A stretch of DNA of 64,000 nucleotides from Camelus ferus (Eukaryota), in contig NC_045696.1 of assembly GCF_009834535.1 (NCBI RefSeq), positions 107,696,001 through 107,760,000 on the forward strand. The letters run 5' to 3'. Under the pieces are notes generated by a model. It was not told where the DNA came from, did no database searches, and saw only the letters and a program-made list of their open reading frames with translations. Within the stretch, counting starts at the first letter, position 1. Every line of letters begins with the position of its first letter. This document shows positions 25,740 through 40,639 of the stretch, piece by piece. The translations under genes were made by a program, and so were the position numbers.

Positions 25740-28700
25740 AACCTTATTTTGAAATCGTTTCAAACTTACATAAAAATTTCCAGAATAGTACAAAAGAAGT
25801 TAAATATCCTTCACCCAGATTCACCATTTATTTTTATCATGTAAGCTTTATCGTTCCCTCTCCCTACCTGCCTACCCCACTTTTCTGTCTCTCAAGTATG
25901 TGTGTGTATATACATTTTCTAGCTATATATATGTATATACACACAAATTTTTTTCCTGAACTGTTTGAGAATAAATTACAGACATGATGCCTCTTTACCT
26001 CTAAGTACTTGTCTGTCTCCTAAGAACAGGACATTCTCTTATATAACTGCAGTGATATTGTCAAATCAGTAAGTCAACATTAATACATTATTAACCATTA
26101 TAAAACCTTATTCAAATTTTGCCAGTTATCCCAATAACACCCTTTATAGCAACAAAAATCTGGTTCTAGAACCTGATCCAAGATCACCTGGTACTTTTAG
26201 TGGTCATGTCTCTTTAGCCTTCCTTAATTTTTTCCCCCTCAATCTTTGTCTTTCATGTTCATAACATCTTTGAAGACTACAGATCAGTTATTTGGTTATT
26301 TGCCTCCTATTTCGGTTTAATGTTTCTTCATGTTTAATTTCAGGTTAAGCATTTTTGGCAGAATGTCACAGGAGTGAGACCCTCTCAAGTGAATCACATC
26401 AAAAGGCACATGTCAATTTGTCCATTAATGGTGGTGATATATGCCAGGTTTATCCCCTGTAAAGTTACTATTTTTCCACTTCTTATTAGTAAGTATCTTG
26501 TGGGGAAATATTGTGAAATTATGTAAAAATCCTATTCTTCATCAAGCTTTCCCCCAGTAGGGTTAGTTAACATTCACTGATGATTCTCACTTATTAACCC
26601 GATTACTGTGATGACAGTTGCCAAATGATTTCTCTGACTCCATTTTTCCTTCTTCTATTACTTGGCATCCTACCGTCAGAAATGTCTTTGCCAGAGCGGA
26701 GGTTGGGGGCGGTGTCTAGCTCAGTGGTAGAGTGCCTGGCTAGCATGCGCAAGGTCCTGGGTTCAATCCTCAGTGGCTCCATTAAAATAAATAAGCCTAA
26801 TTACCTCCCCCCACCAAAAAATAATAATAATAATAAATTTGAAAAAAATAAGAAATGTCTTTGTCTTTCCCATTTACTTATGGGAAATCCACAGTATTAT
26901 AAGACTTTTGTTTTATTATGTGGATTGTAATCTTTACCAACATTATGTTCCAAATGTCCCATATCTGACGGTGGGGACTCATTCAAGGTAGATCTTGTGC
27001 CCTTTTGATGTTTCTCCATCACTCTTTGAGCACTACCTTACTTTCAGATTCATCTTGTATTTTTTTCTGTCCCAAGTATAGAATCAGCCATTTCTCCAAG
27101 AGGCCCAGGTCCCAGGGATGGGGGAGCAGGGTAAATGATTGTTTCTAAGAACCTAACCTAGAGCACAGAGCTAGGAAATCCACAGACACACACACACACA
27201 AACTTATTTCTATAAGTAATATGAAAACCAGGAGTTCATACTGATAACTCCAATTCTAGTCCAGTCCAACTAGTTCATTCTAGTATCCCCCTTTCCATAC
27301 CATAACCTCTTTCTCCTACAGTGGACATCTAACTTCCATTATCCTCAAAATGTACTTATTTATTCAATCCTCAAATAGAAATGAAATGGTTCAGAATTGC
27401 TGACCCATATAAGTTCAAAAAAAATTAATTAAATTCAGCATTTCTTTATAACTATTTCTATCATTAGAATAAATGTAAGTAGTCAAATACTATGTCCAAG
27501 TTATTCATTTGAAACAGTCAAGTTCATTTGTTTCTATTTCAAAGGCTTACCCCCAGTCTTGATTTTATTATTTTAATATATAAACATTAATATAGTTTAA
27601 TAGTGTCACTCCCCACCCCCTTCACCCACCCCATTATTGTCACCATTTTCTGACTTATCTTTTGTGTGTGTGTTGCAGAAACAAGCAGGTAGATTTATAG
27701 CTTATTAATTCTCCTTCCACCATAGATGGACAGAAACAAACTATAGATACTCTCCTGCCCTCTGAGTTTCTTCACTTAGTAATAAACCCTGGGAATCACT
27801 CCCATGTCAGTTCATAGAGCTCCTCCTCACTCTTTTTCCCTCCTGCATAGTACTCTATTGTATGGCTGCACCAAAGTTTACTCAACCATCTCCTACGTGT
27901 TTACATTATTTTGACACTTACATTCAGATTGTCCAGAATATTTTGCAATTATAAATAACAATGTTTTTCGCCTGCTTTTCTGTCAATTTTAGTCTTTAGT
28001 CCCTCAATTTTTTAAAAAGTTCTTTACACATTAAGGATATTGGTCCTTAAGTTGCAATATATATTGCAAATATTTTCTCTCAGTTTTTGGTTGTCTTTTA
28101 ACTTTGTCTTTTTTGCTATGCAGAGTGGAATTTTTAAGTGTTTACATAGTCAAATTTATCAATTTTTAAACTGAAACTGGATTTTGAAACCTCCTAAGGT
28201 TAGAGAAATTTACCTACAATTTCTTCTAGTACTTACATGGATTCACTTATTATATTTAGTTCTCTAGCTTATTTGTAGTTTATTTTTGTATATGGTATAA
28301 AGTAGAAATATAATTTTATATTTTCCTAACTGGCTATTCAGTTGTCCAGCACCACTTCCTAAAAAGCTAATCTTTGCCCCTGAAATCTGAGATAATACCT
28401 TTATTGTATATACCCGAATTCTGTATGTACTGAATCAACTTCTGACTTTTCTGTTCTATTCCACCGATCTATTTACATGCCAAGACCACACTGCTTTCAC
28501 TATAGCATGCTTAAATATAGATTATGACCACAGCTTTTCTTTTGATATTTTTATGTTAACCCAGTAGCCAGGAATAAGGGGTATCTCTGCATTTATTCAA
28601 AGTTTATTTTCATGTTTTTCAGAAGTTTTAAAACTTGCCCTATAGATTTACTACTAAATATTTTATCTTTATTGCTGTGTAAGAGGAATTTTTATACTAA

Positions 28701-28910
28701 CACAATTAGTTACTGTTTGTGCATATGATGACTTATTTCTGCTAATTTTATATCCGTTCCGTTTATTGTTTCAGTCTTACCACACATTCTCTAGCATTTT
28801 TAGCATATTATGTCATCTATAAGCACAAGTAAACTTTTCCAAGGCTTTTTGCCTCTAACTGATCTTCTTCTTGTCTAACTGCATTGCTAATATCTCCAGT
28901 AAAATATTAA
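25740..28910 (-). mobile_element. Old L1 (L1MC/L1ME-like) 3'UTR and ORF2 fragments, minus strand
   Basis: Reverse-complement L1MC-like 3' end at about 25740, and ORF2-like remnant (LFNILLEILANAVRQEE-like) at about 28860-28910. Confidence 0.7.
26691..26850 (+). mobile_element. tRNA-Ala-derived SINE (Vic-1-like) with extra 5' nucleotides
   Basis: Perfect TSD agaaatgtctttg at 26678-26690 and 26851-26863. Confidence 0.9.
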
Positions 28911-28979
28911 ATAATATTTTAGATGCAACTGTTTGGCTATGTTCTCCACAATAGACTTAAATATGATCTCAAAAATGAA

Positions 28980-30950
28980 AGAAAACACATTTCTTAAATT
29001 TCTAGCTCAAAAGTTTGAGAGGGGGGAAAATGATGATTAACTGAAAGAAAGCAGAAAAGGAATTGATCAACGTAAAAGCAGAAATATATAGCTTTAAAAA
29101 AGTGAAACCAAAAAGCAGACTCTCTAAAATACATCAGTAAAGTGTTTCAACTACTAGGTAACTAAGGAAACATAAAACAAAAAATATTAGAGAAGAAAAC
29201 CACTGGAATAGATTTTGCTAATCTCAGACTATATAACCCTGCATAACCCTATGCAGGTACATTAAAAACCTGGAAGAAATAGGTAATTCATAGAACAAAA
29301 TATATATACTTTACCAAAACTGACCCCAGCAAAGATAAAGTTTAGAGACATTAACATTAAAGAACAGAGGAAATTACCAAAAAGCCACTCTTCCCTTACA
29401 AAAACAGCACTAGGCCGTCACAATTTCACATGAGAATTTCTACATCTCTAAAGAGCAGATACCCAACGGTATTTCTGTTTTCCACCCCCAACATTATGTC
29501 AGTTGTTCCAGAGCACAGAAAAAGAGAAAATTTGCATATTCTTACTATGGCACTTTATGAACTGAACTATGTAAGCTCTACCCCCCCCCAAAATTCATAG
29601 ACTGAAGCCTAACCCCCAATGTGATTATATTTGGAGACAGGGCCTTTAAGCAGATAAAGTAAATAAGGTCATACGGTTGGGGCTGTAATCTAAAAGGACT
29701 GGTATCCTTCTAAGAGGAAGAGACAACAAGATCTCTCTTTCCTTGTGCACAGAGAAAAAAGGTCACATCAGGACACAGCAAAGGCAGCCATCTGCAAACC
29801 AGGAAGAGGCCTCACCAGACACCAACCCTGCTGGCACCTCAATCTTGGACTTCTAGCCTCCGGAACCATGAGAAAGTTAATTTTTGTTTAAGCAATTCAG
29901 TGTGTGGTGTTCTGTTATGCCAGTCTTAGCAAACTAACACATAATGTAAGAACACTGACATCAAAACCTAATTTGAAAATACCACCCCTCCCCCTCAAAA
30001 GACAGCTAATATCATATAATATTGATGCAAAAAATTCAAAACAAAATATTCATAAAATATAACAAGTAGCAAGGTATATTTATAAACAGATCTAAGAAAA
30101 ATCATATGATCATCTCCATAAATGCTGAAAGGGCATTTAACAATATTCAATACCTATCCCTGACTTTAAAAAAACAAGCAGACAACAACAAAAAGTGATG
30201 GCTCTCTTAACATGAAAAAATTATATAAAATTAGGGAACACTAATGGCAGTCAGTCTCTCTAAAGTTAAGAAAAAGACAAAGATGCCCATTATCGTAACC
30301 TTTATTTATTGCCTTTGATAAAATATGGAGGTACAGACAGTGCCCCTGGACAAGAGAAAGAAATGATGATAACTGGAAAGAAAAAGATAAAACTATTTAT
30401 ATAGACAATATACTAGTATACTTGAAAAACCCAAAAGAATTAATGGTGAAAAACTACTATAAATAACAAGAGAACTTAAAAGGTAACAGTATATAAAATT
30501 GATAAACAGAATCAAAGCTTTCATAAATACCTAAAAACCCAGTTCAAAGATAGAAAAGACCCCATTTACAATAAAAAAGAATATTTGGGAATAAACAAGA
30601 AACATAGACACCTATATAAAGAAATATTTAAAACAATCAAGGTGGGGGAAGCACACTTTAAGAAATAAACTATGTTTCTAGATTCTTTCAGATTCATAAG
30701 AATGTCAATTTTCCCAGTTAGTGCATAACTTTATCAGGATCCCAATAAAAATAGCAGAAGGATTCCCTACTTCCACCCCTTCTTCCACCCTAAAACAAGA
30801 CAAACTAATTTCTAAAGTTCAAATGGAAAAATAAAGAAGTCTGGGCAAGAAAACTCAAAAAAAAGAATAATCAAGAGGAACTCTCTACCAGATGTGAAAG
30901 CACACCATAAACTCAATCATTAAAACAGCATTGGGCACTGAGGACTGGAG
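28980..30950 (+). mobile_element. Very degenerate L1 ORF2 fragment
   Basis: ORF2-like motifs (catatgatcatctccataaatgctgaaa; aaagatgcccattatc). Confidence 0.7.
29555..29941 (+). mobile_element. MaLR solo LTR (MLT1A-like)
   Basis: aaattcata...cccaatgtgattatatttggaga...gcagccatctgcaaaccaggaagaggcctcaccaga...cttggacttctagcctcc...aactaacaca. Confidence 0.85.
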
Positions 30951-31708
30951 AGTCCAGGAGCAGAGGGAACGAGAGAGGGACAGGGACAACTGTGCGGGTG
31001 GACAGAGTATGGAAGGCGAGGGTCAGAGACAGGCATGCCGGTAGAAGGGTGACCAAATGGTGCTCAATAGGCTACAGATCCCAGCAACGAGGAGGAGCAA
31101 GTCCAGCTGTGGCTGCCGGCTCACGCTGGCTCCTACAGTACAGGGGAAGGAACGGGACACTGGGAGAGCCGGGGCTCCGGGAGGGGCTGTGCCCACAGAG
31201 CCATCTGGGTCCAGTTAAGCAAGGACAGCTGAGAGCACCGTGTGCATATGGAAGTGTGAGGGAGACAACGGCCACTGACTGATGTCCCCAGTTTGCCCCA
31301 ACATTTTCCTCTTGTGCTACACCAAGAAAAAGGTGCACATGGCTCCTGTCCTCCCAAGACCTACACATACACCCGTCAACCCTGTCATGGGATACCTTGT
31401 GCACTCTCCTTCCTCTGAAGAGACACAGTGCCCGGTGCCCTCTGAGCATGAGGCTCCAGAGGTACATTAAGAGTCATCCCGGCCTCAACTCCAACCTCTG
31501 GAGACATGGCCCTTCTCAAGACCTCTCAGCTCTGCTGGGCCAACTGGCTCCTCCTCCCTTAAGTCCATCCGGGCCAGCAGGGTGGCCACGGTCACCAGCT
31601 CTTCCCGGAACACACTACTTAGCGGCCCCTGGTCCTGTGCCCACCCCATGCTCAGCCTGTGCTGCCCAATGTTAAGGCCTGTGGGTCCAGCACTTCCTCA
31701 CCAAGTCA

Positions 31709-31855
<147 letters not shown>

Positions 31856-33194
31856 TTAGATAGAAAAAGAAGCAGATATAATCAACATGGAAGAGGCGGC
31901 TGCCTTCTGTGGGTGGGGGAGGGAGAGGAAATGGGGGAGACACATCATGGAGGCTGGACTGATTCTGTCCCTGCTGGGCTTGCGAAGCGGTCCCCAAAGA
32001 TACAATCATTTGTTACCCCCATATCAAAATGAACCTGAGCTTGATACTAACCCAGATCATTTAGAGAGGGGAAAAAAAGAGCTTATTCCTCTGAATGTGA
32101 TTCCTTCATTTTCCTCTCCAAATACCCCCTACTGTGTGGGGCACTAAAGGACACTGCAGAGAACAAGACATTGCCCCATCAAACCCAGCTTCCCAGAGAG
32201 CTCTGCACCGGGGTACTGGGCACAGTCCTGCCCGATAACAAAGTCCTCCCTTACTTTTCATTTGCTATTTATACATATGCATATTGCTTCCTGGGATTGA
32301 GTGGAGAGGCGGTATAGCCAGGCCAAAGCAGGCTTTTCAGACATGTCTGGGTCTGGGTCCCTGGGCCATAACACCTTCAAATGATGTCCTAAACCTTTCA
32401 AGAACCTCAAATAATACAGGTGCTCGGAATAGGAGACTGTGCCCCCTGCTTCTGGGCCTGGTGACCATCCCCCCTTTCACGACTATACTGGCTGTATCCC
32501 GAGAAGTGAGGCAGAGGCAGAGAGCGAGGGGCCCTGGGGACAGAACTCTTCAGAGCATCCCTGGCACAGACCCAGCCCCACAGTTAGGAGTCCAGGTCCA
32601 CTCAACAGGACACCGTCGGAAAACGGCTTCATCCCAGGCCAAATGAGTGCTTCAAAATCAGAGAGGCAACAAAATGGAGAAGAAAGCAGCCAGAGGTCTG
32701 GAGCAATGGTTCCCCAGCTGGGCTTCTGGTTTACTGTCTGGTGCCCCCGACATCAGCCAGAGGCCTGAACAGCAAGAAGGAGAGAAGGTCTCCATCAGGT
32801 GGCCAGCAACACACCCTTTGGAGGACTGCCCCGGATTCTGGTCACAAGCAGGCGTGCATGTCCTAAAGGGCACCCTCTCTGCACCATTTCATGTTGATTT
32901 CTTTCATGTAAAGGCAAAAAAAAAAAAATCTATCTCAATTCTGGACAAATCAAAACTCTTAGAAATAATTTTTTTGGCCACTTTCTACTCCCAAGCTACT
33001 TATCAGTTATTACAGAGAAGAAAAAAGTAAATAAAATTAAAATCTCTCTGGGATCCTGTGCCAGACATGCCACCCACCATGCCTACACCTGATTCCACTC
33101 CACAGTCTACTCCAAGGCACCCACAGGGCAGATGGGCCAGAGAAGGACCAGCCAACCTGCAAAAGCAGAGGAAGGAGCTCCGCCTGCTACTCAC

Positions 33195-33315
33195 CTGGGA
33201 TCATGGCACTCACGGATGGGAGCCGGGTCCTGACTGCTGAGAGGCAGGTAGTTGAAGAACTCCCGGAGATTGCACAAGGCATCAATGTCATTTTCAAAAG
33301 CTCTGTGGGCCACAC
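33195..33315 (-). CDS. PCCB: PCCB exon 8
   Basis: (G)[39 protein letters not shown](S); 121 nt. Confidence 0.97.
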
Positions 33316-34049
33316 CTGAGAAGACAGAGAGGCTACAGTGGGCCAGGGCACCTGTCAGCCCAGAGACGCAGCTTCCTGCCCACCTGCACTTTCAGGGACA
33401 TCTGCAGCAGTCTGCGCTGACAGCCCTGTCGTCCCCACCCTCCGCTGAGGACAGGAGGCCACACCACCCACCTTCAGGCTGATCCTCAGCTCACAAAGCC
33501 TGTTCCCTCTGCTCTGTACCCAGACCTCTGCAAGGGTCACTCCAGGCTTTGCTCACATATTTGCCCTAATGTCACCTACTCAGAGAGGCTTTCCCTGGTC
33601 CCCTCCAGAACACAACCTTCCCCCCACTTCCCACCCCTGGGCCATGTGGAAGTTCCTGTCACATGTTTCCCTGCAGCACCGACTTCCCTGTTTACTGCCT
33701 GACATCTCCCCGAGAATGTCCGCTCCAACAGGGTGGAGACCAGGCCCGCCTCACCACTGCAGCCCCGCGTCAAGAGCAATGCCTGGTTGGTGTCCATTCT
33801 CTCTCAATAAAGCTAGACAATAAAAAGGAGAACAATGCCGGCATGTGTCATGGTCACCGTCAGCAACAGTGGAAGGGAAGGAGGGAAGGGAACCACGTGG
33901 CCCCAGAGAGGACTCAAGCCATCCTTCCTCAGGAACACTCGGAAACCACGGAGCAGCTAAACAAGGCCACGGACATGAAAGTGCGGCCAGAAACCCTCTC
34001 AGGTTCACCCTCCAGACTCCCTGCTTCTACCGCTGCGCCCAGAGTCTCT

Positions 34050-34475
34050 TCTGCACACAACAGCCAAAGGGAGCTTTTCAAGTCAGATCACTCATGTCGC
34101 TACTGAGCCACCCTCCCTGCACCGGGCAGGGCTGCTCCCCTTCCTCAGGGCCTCTGCAGAGCCCACTCCCTCTCCTACGCGGCCCTGCAGTTCACACCTG
34201 CAAAGCTGCTAAACAGGTACCCTCACAGTGAGGCCCGCCCTCACCACCCTACTTAGAACTGCCATAATCCCAGCCCTTTTACCCTGTTCTTTTTCCACAG
34301 CACCGATTACCTTAACATACTATATAATGTCCTCAGTTACACGGTTTATTGTCTATCTTCTCCGCTAGAATACAAGTCTCATGCAGGCAGAGACCTTTTC
34401 TTCACAAATGTACTCCTAGCAAGTAGAACAATACTTGACTCATAGGTACTCAATGAGTATTTGCTGGATAAATAA
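34050..34475 (+). mobile_element. L2 3'-end remnant
   Basis: gtttattgtctatcttctccgctagaatacaag...gcaggcagagac...cataggtactcaat...tatttgctg. Confidence 0.6.
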
Positions 34476-34518
34476 AAAGCATGTTCAACATGACAGAAAT
34501 TCTTTCAAGAAATATCTA

Positions 34519-34785
34519 GACTCACAGACATAAAACAAACTTATGGTCACAGGCGGGAAAGGGGGTGGCAAGGGATAAACTGGGAGTTCTAGATTTGCAG
34601 ATACTAATATACATAAAATAGATAAACAACAACTTCCTACTGTATAGCACAGGGAACTACATCCAATAGCTTATAGTAACTTATGGTGAAAATGAACATA
34701 TGTATGTTCCTATGACTGAAGTGCTGTACACAAGAAATTGACACAATATTATAAACTGACTATACTTCAATTAAAAATATAAAAA
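34519..34785 (+). mobile_element. Short 5'-truncated lineage L1 3'UTR
   Basis: Homologous to 9155-9430; TSD-like aagaaatat(c/t)ta on both sides. Confidence 0.85.
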
Positions 34786-34799
34786 AAGAAATATTTATA

Positions 34800-35430
34800 A
34801 ATTGGTAGAGACTTTGGAGGACAGCATGGCAGTTCCTCAAATAGTTATCATTTGACCCAGAAATTCTACTCCGAGGTATATACTCAAGGGACACGGAAAC
34901 ACATGCCCAGACAAAAACTTGTACATGAATGTTTATAGCAGCATATTCATGACACCCAAAAAGTGGAAACAATTCAAACGCTTATTAAATTATCAATAAA
35001 CAAAATGAGGTATATCCATACACTGAAGTATTATCGAGCAGTAAAAAGGAACGATGTACTGATTCTTGCTGCAACAGGAAAACATACCGTAACCTTAAAA
35101 ATATTATGCTAAGTAAAAGAAACCTGTTGCAAAAGACCACATATTGTATGTGTCCATTTATGTCCATTCCATATATATCCAGAAGACAAATCCACTGAAA
35201 CAAAGTAGATTAGTGACAGCCTAGAGCTAGAGTATTTGGGGGCAAAATAGGGAGCAAATATTAAAGGGTATAGGATTTCTTTTTGGAGTGATGAAAATGT
35301 TTTAAAGGTGATGGTAGTGATAATTAAATAACACTGAATATATTAAAACCACTGACTTGTATACTTTAAATGGGTATTTCACGTATATAGTATGTGAATT
35401 ATGTATCTCAATAAAGCTGTTACCAAAAAA
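34800..35430 (+). mobile_element. Old L1M 3' end
   Basis: gacccagaaattctactc...gaatgtttatagcagca...tctcaataaagctgtt. Confidence 0.8.
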
Positions 35431-35829
35431 TAAATATTTAGGTATGTACATAGAGCATCTTTCGGGTCTTGCTCTGGGGATACAGAGCTAAGTACATCAG
35501 ACATGGCCCATCAAAGAGCCTCTGATTCAGAAAGAACGCCAAATGCTGCCTATAAAACTAAAATTACGGTGCAGAAAATGTAACATTACGACGAACAGTG
35601 GTTCATTACTTCTAAGTTGTCAAGTGAAAACAGGCCACAAAAGCATATTATGCCCCTGCCTTTGAGTATATGTATGCATACGCACAGCCATCTGCATGAA
35701 AAGGCTGCAGATAAACAAAACGTGTTGGTGACTATCTGTGAGTGCTAGAACTCCTAGTGATTTTTACTCCTGTATTTTCTAAATTGTTTCCCACAAACAT
35801 GTAATATGATTGAAATCAGGGGAAAAAAA

Positions 35830-36615
35830 AGCATATTTCATCAAATCTAAGATGCCATCAAGACTCAACATTATTCTATACTCCAGTAAGAAAAGAAAAA
35901 AAAAGCTGCTGCCAATTCCGCCCTGAGATGAGAGCGTCATGACAAGCTGTGCTGGAGGGAGCGCTGAACAGAGCTGGCGGGTGAGGGGAAGGAGTGTGTC
36001 AAGGTTGACCCCAACCCACGATGGGAGAGGACCAAATTCTGTGGGCAGGGGATCGAGAGCTCTGACTTTGTCTTAAAAAAAACCGTATCTCATCAAATGT
36101 AAGACTTCACTGATGTTAAGACCTCGATTAGATGTGCACTAAGAAAGAAACGCTGATAATTAAATGATGGCCCAATGCCTTAACCACAGTACAACGTGGT
36201 GCACAAATGTCACACCAGCCTCTCGCTGCTTTGAAATCTGTCAAAGAGGCAATTCCTTCTGTCCTTCAGTTACGCTGCTTGCCGTGTGGTAGGCAATCCT
36301 TTCACAACTTGTGATCTTTTTCCAAGAAAATATGGAATTCCAATCATGATTCCAACAATAAGTATCTTCACTAACATCAGATTCAGACCCTGCTCCCAAT
36401 TCCATGCCTCTCTGTATAAACAGGATCTTTCTGTGTTGATGTCAAAGCACAGAATAATTTTTACACATGCTGAACTCAGCATGTGTGACACAAACCTCAT
36501 AGAGATGAAAAGCTATGACCAGGTTTGTGAACACGTGGGCCTACACGTCACAACTGTACCTGACTAATGGTGGTTGGTAAAATGCCATCTACTCTAAGAC
36601 ATACCCCAACTTTGG
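35830..36615 (+). mobile_element. TcMar-Tc2 (Kanga/MER104-like) DNA transposon remnants with two related 5' ends
   Basis: catatttcatcaaatctaagatgccatc (about 35832) and ccgtatctcatcaaatgtaagac (about 36083), each followed by a ctaagaaagaaa-like run. Confidence 0.5.
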
Positions 36616-36892
36616 AGTAAAAGAAAGTCACAATAAAATGCAACTTTTTTTTAAAGTTCAACTTTACATATATAAATCATAATTCTTAAAACCATCATTC
36701 TAATTAGCTCAGAAATTTCAAAGACTACCAAAGCATTAATAGTAACCTGTTATTGAACAAGTTTGAGATATAAATCCACCTTTATTACTATATCTGTAGT
36801 CAATACACCATACTACCACGTTCTCAAATTCTGTCAGTTAAGTGACATTTTTAACATGCTGTCAGCTTCATCTCTGGCAATGCCTCTTCTCA

Positions 36893-37096
<204 letters not shown>

Positions 37097-37861
37097 TCAG
37101 AGTTCACAGAGCCAAGATAACAAATGCGGAGAAGGTAGTGATGTGGTGGGAAACCAGGTTAGACGCAGCTCACAGAAGCCTACCCAAACTCAAGACCCAA
37201 GTTTTCCCTGCCTCACTGTCTATTAAAAAAATCTTTGCTGCCTGGTTCTTTCTCAGCGATATGACCTGAGGCGTGACTAACATTTCACCTAACAGGTGGT
37301 CCTTATTCAGAGCCTGCTGTGGACCAAGAATTTTTCTAAGCACTGAATGGGATTGCGTCATTAAAGCTGAGGTACTGTTATCACCCCATGTATAGATGAG
37401 GACACTAGGGCACTGTAATGGTATGAAGCTTGCCTAAAATTAACCAGCTGCTTTAAGTGAAGCCATTTGGAGACAACGATAAATCAATGCTTTGGTGTTT
37501 TGAGAGGATGAGAGGCTTTTAATTTTAAGCTTCTAACGTAAAGATAATAAAAACATATTGTAAAAATTTTAAACAGAATAGGGGCATACAATAGAAAGTA
37601 AGTCTACATGCCAGCCCTTATTTCCAGGCCTCCAATTTCCCTCCCCCAAAGGCAACCACTGTCAGTTTCTCTCCCCTCACAAAGTCATCCATGCAAATAT
37701 GAGCATTCATATATATTTTTTCCCCTCTTATTTTCACTCCAGCACAGTGTCCTACACACACTTCTAAAACGTCTTGAAGATCATTCCACATCGGTATAGT
37801 AAAATATGTATCCCAATTTATTTAACTGTCACCTGCTGATGGTCTTTTAGGTTGTGTCCAG

Positions 37862-40330
37862 TACAAAAACTGAAGAGGAGGGAATACCTCCTAAATCATT
37901 CTATGAGACCCAGCATTACCTTAATACCGAGGCCAGAGAACTACAGATCAATATCTCATATAAATACTGATGCAAAAATACTCAACAAAATACTAGCAGG
38001 CCTAGCATTTTAAAAGGAAAAACCAAGAGGAATATTTTTCCTTAAATGCAAGAATGCTTCAGTACACAAATATTAATGTAATATGCCACATTAAAAGAAC
38101 AAAGGGGGAAAAATTACATGGTCATCTCAATTAATGCAGAAAAAGCATGTGACAAAATTCAACACCACTTCATTATAAAAAGACTCAGAAAACTAGGAAG
38201 AAACTACTTTAACATGATTAAGGCCATAAATGAAAAACCTACAGCTAACATTATAGTCAGTGGTGAAAGACTGGAAGCTTTTCCTCTAAGATGAGCTACA
38301 AGGCAAGGATGCCCGTTTTCTCCACTTCTAGTCAACACAAGTACTGGAAATCCTAGCTAAAGCAATTAGTCAAGAAAAAGAAAAAGGTATCCATTTCAGA
38401 AAGGAAGAAGTAAACTGTTTGCAGATGACATGGATTTTATATGTAGAAAACCCTGAAGATTACACACACACCCAAGCTAAAACAAACAAATTAAGTTGCA
38501 AGATATAAAATTAACATACCAAAATCAGTTTTTATTTATGTACACTAAGAATGAACAATCTGAAAAGGAAGTTACAAAAACAATTTCATTTACACTAGCT
38601 TCTAAAAGAATAAAGTACTTAGGAATAACTTAGCCAAAAAGGCAAAGAAACCTTGCACAATAAAAATTATAAAACATTGCTGAAAGAAATTAAAGAAGAC
38701 ATAAATAAATGGAAAGACACCCCTATTCATGGATTGAATGACTCAATACTATTAAGATGTCAAACTACCAGAAGCAATATACAGATTCAATTTCACCCCT
38801 ATCAAAATCCCCATGACACTTTTTTGCAGAAATAGAAAAATCCATCCTAAAATTGATGTGGAATCTCAAGAAACTGTACAGCCAAAACAATTTTTGAAAA
38901 AAAACAAAGTGGAGGTCTCACACTCCTGATTTCAACACCTACTACAAAGCTACAGAAATTAAAAGTCTGGTACTGGCATAAAGACAGATACTATAGACCG
39001 ATGGAACAGAACAGAGAACCCAGCAGTAAACCCTCCCATTGCTGGTCAAATGGTTTTCAACAATGACACCTAGAACATTCAGTGGGGAAAGAACTGTCTT
39101 TTCAACAAATGGTGCTTGGAAAACTGGATATCCACATGCAGAAACATGAAGTTGGGACTTAGGTTATATCAAATACAAAATTAACTCAAAATGGATCAAA
39201 GGTCTAAACATAAGAGCAAGCTAAAACTAAAACTTAAAAGAAAACTTAGGGTAAAAGTCTTGTGACACTGAGGGGAAAAGTCCTGTGCCACTGGATCTGG
39301 CAAGATTTCTTGGGTATGACAATAAAAGCTGAGACAACAAAAGTCGATAAACTAGACTTCATCAAAATTAAAATCTGTGCAAAACAAAAAACACTAACAG
39401 AAGGAAAAGGCAGCCCACAGAATGGGAGAAAATATTTTCAAATCATATATATCTGTTAAGTGGTTTAAATGGTTAATATCAGAATATATGAAGAACTCTT
39501 ACAACTCAGTAACAACAAAAATATTCAATCAAAAAATGGACAGAAGATCTGTATAGACATGTCTCAAAAAAAAAAAAAAATCAATAGCAAATAATATGAA
39601 AAGAGGCTCACCACCACTAATCATTTGGGAAATATAAATGAAAACCACAACGAGATACCACTTCACATGCACTAAGATAGCTATTATCAAAACATAAACA
39701 AGTCCTGGTGTGGATGTAGAGAAATTAGAACCCTTATGTACTGCTGGTGGAAATGTAAAATGGTGCAGTCACTGTGGAAAATAGTATGATGTTTCCTCAA
39801 AAACTAAAACAGAATTACCATATTATCCAGAAACTCTACTCTAAGGTGTATGCTCAAAAGAACAGAAAACAGGGATTCAAACAGGTATGTGTAACACCAA
39901 TGTTTATTACAGCGTTAAGTCACAATAGCCAAAAGGTGGAAACAACTCAAGTGTTCATTGGCATATGCATGGATAAACAAAATGTAGAATTACATACAAA
40001 GGAGTATTAGCTAGCCTTAAAAAGGAAGGCAATTTGGCATGCTATCATATGGATGAAACTTAAAGACACTATGCTAACTAAAATAAGTCAGTCACAAATG
40101 GACAAATATTGTATGAGCCCACAAATTCATTGAGACTGAAAGGGGCCGGGAGTAGGGAATGGAAAACTAGTGTTTAATGAGTACAGAGCCTCAACTAGGG
40201 TAGATGAAAAAGTTCTGAAGATGGATGGTGGTGATGGCTGCACAAAAATGTGAATGCACCTAAGGCCACAGAACTATAACTTAAAATTTACCATTTTAAC
40301 CATTTCCTATGTATATTGTACAATTTTTGT
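37862..40330 (+). mobile_element. Degenerate L1 (L1MB-like) ORF2 plus 3'UTR
   Basis: RT-region remnants (tttgcagatgacatg; NYKTLLKEIKEDINKWKD). Confidence 0.88.
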
Positions 40331-40472
40331 AAAAACACTGTAACAGTGTTAAACTGGAATTTAAAAACTGGTTATGTAAGAAAACATCCTAGTTCTTAAG
40401 AATTATATACTGAAGTATTAAAGGGGTAAAGGGACATGATATATATAACCCACTCTCAGTTAAGAATTCTAA

Positions 40473-40600
40473 GGGGGGAGGGTATAGCTCAAGTGATAGA
40501 ATGCATGCCTAGCATGTACAAGGTCCTGGGTTCAATCCCCAGTACCTCCTCTAAAAATAAGTAAATAAATAAATCTAATTACCTACTGCCCCCCAAAAAA
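40473..40600 (+). mobile_element. tRNA-Ala-derived SINE (Vic-1-like)
   Basis: ggggggagggtatagctcaagtg...gggttcaatccccagtacctcc followed by tail. Confidence 0.9.
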
Positions 40601-40639
40601 TAATTCTATAAATTTGAAATTTCAAAATAAAAAGATTTT

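Noticed and set aside
27600..30950. Twin-primed (inverted) single L1 insertion
   Set aside because: The minus and plus fragments cover overlapping parts of ORF2, so independent insertions are more likely.
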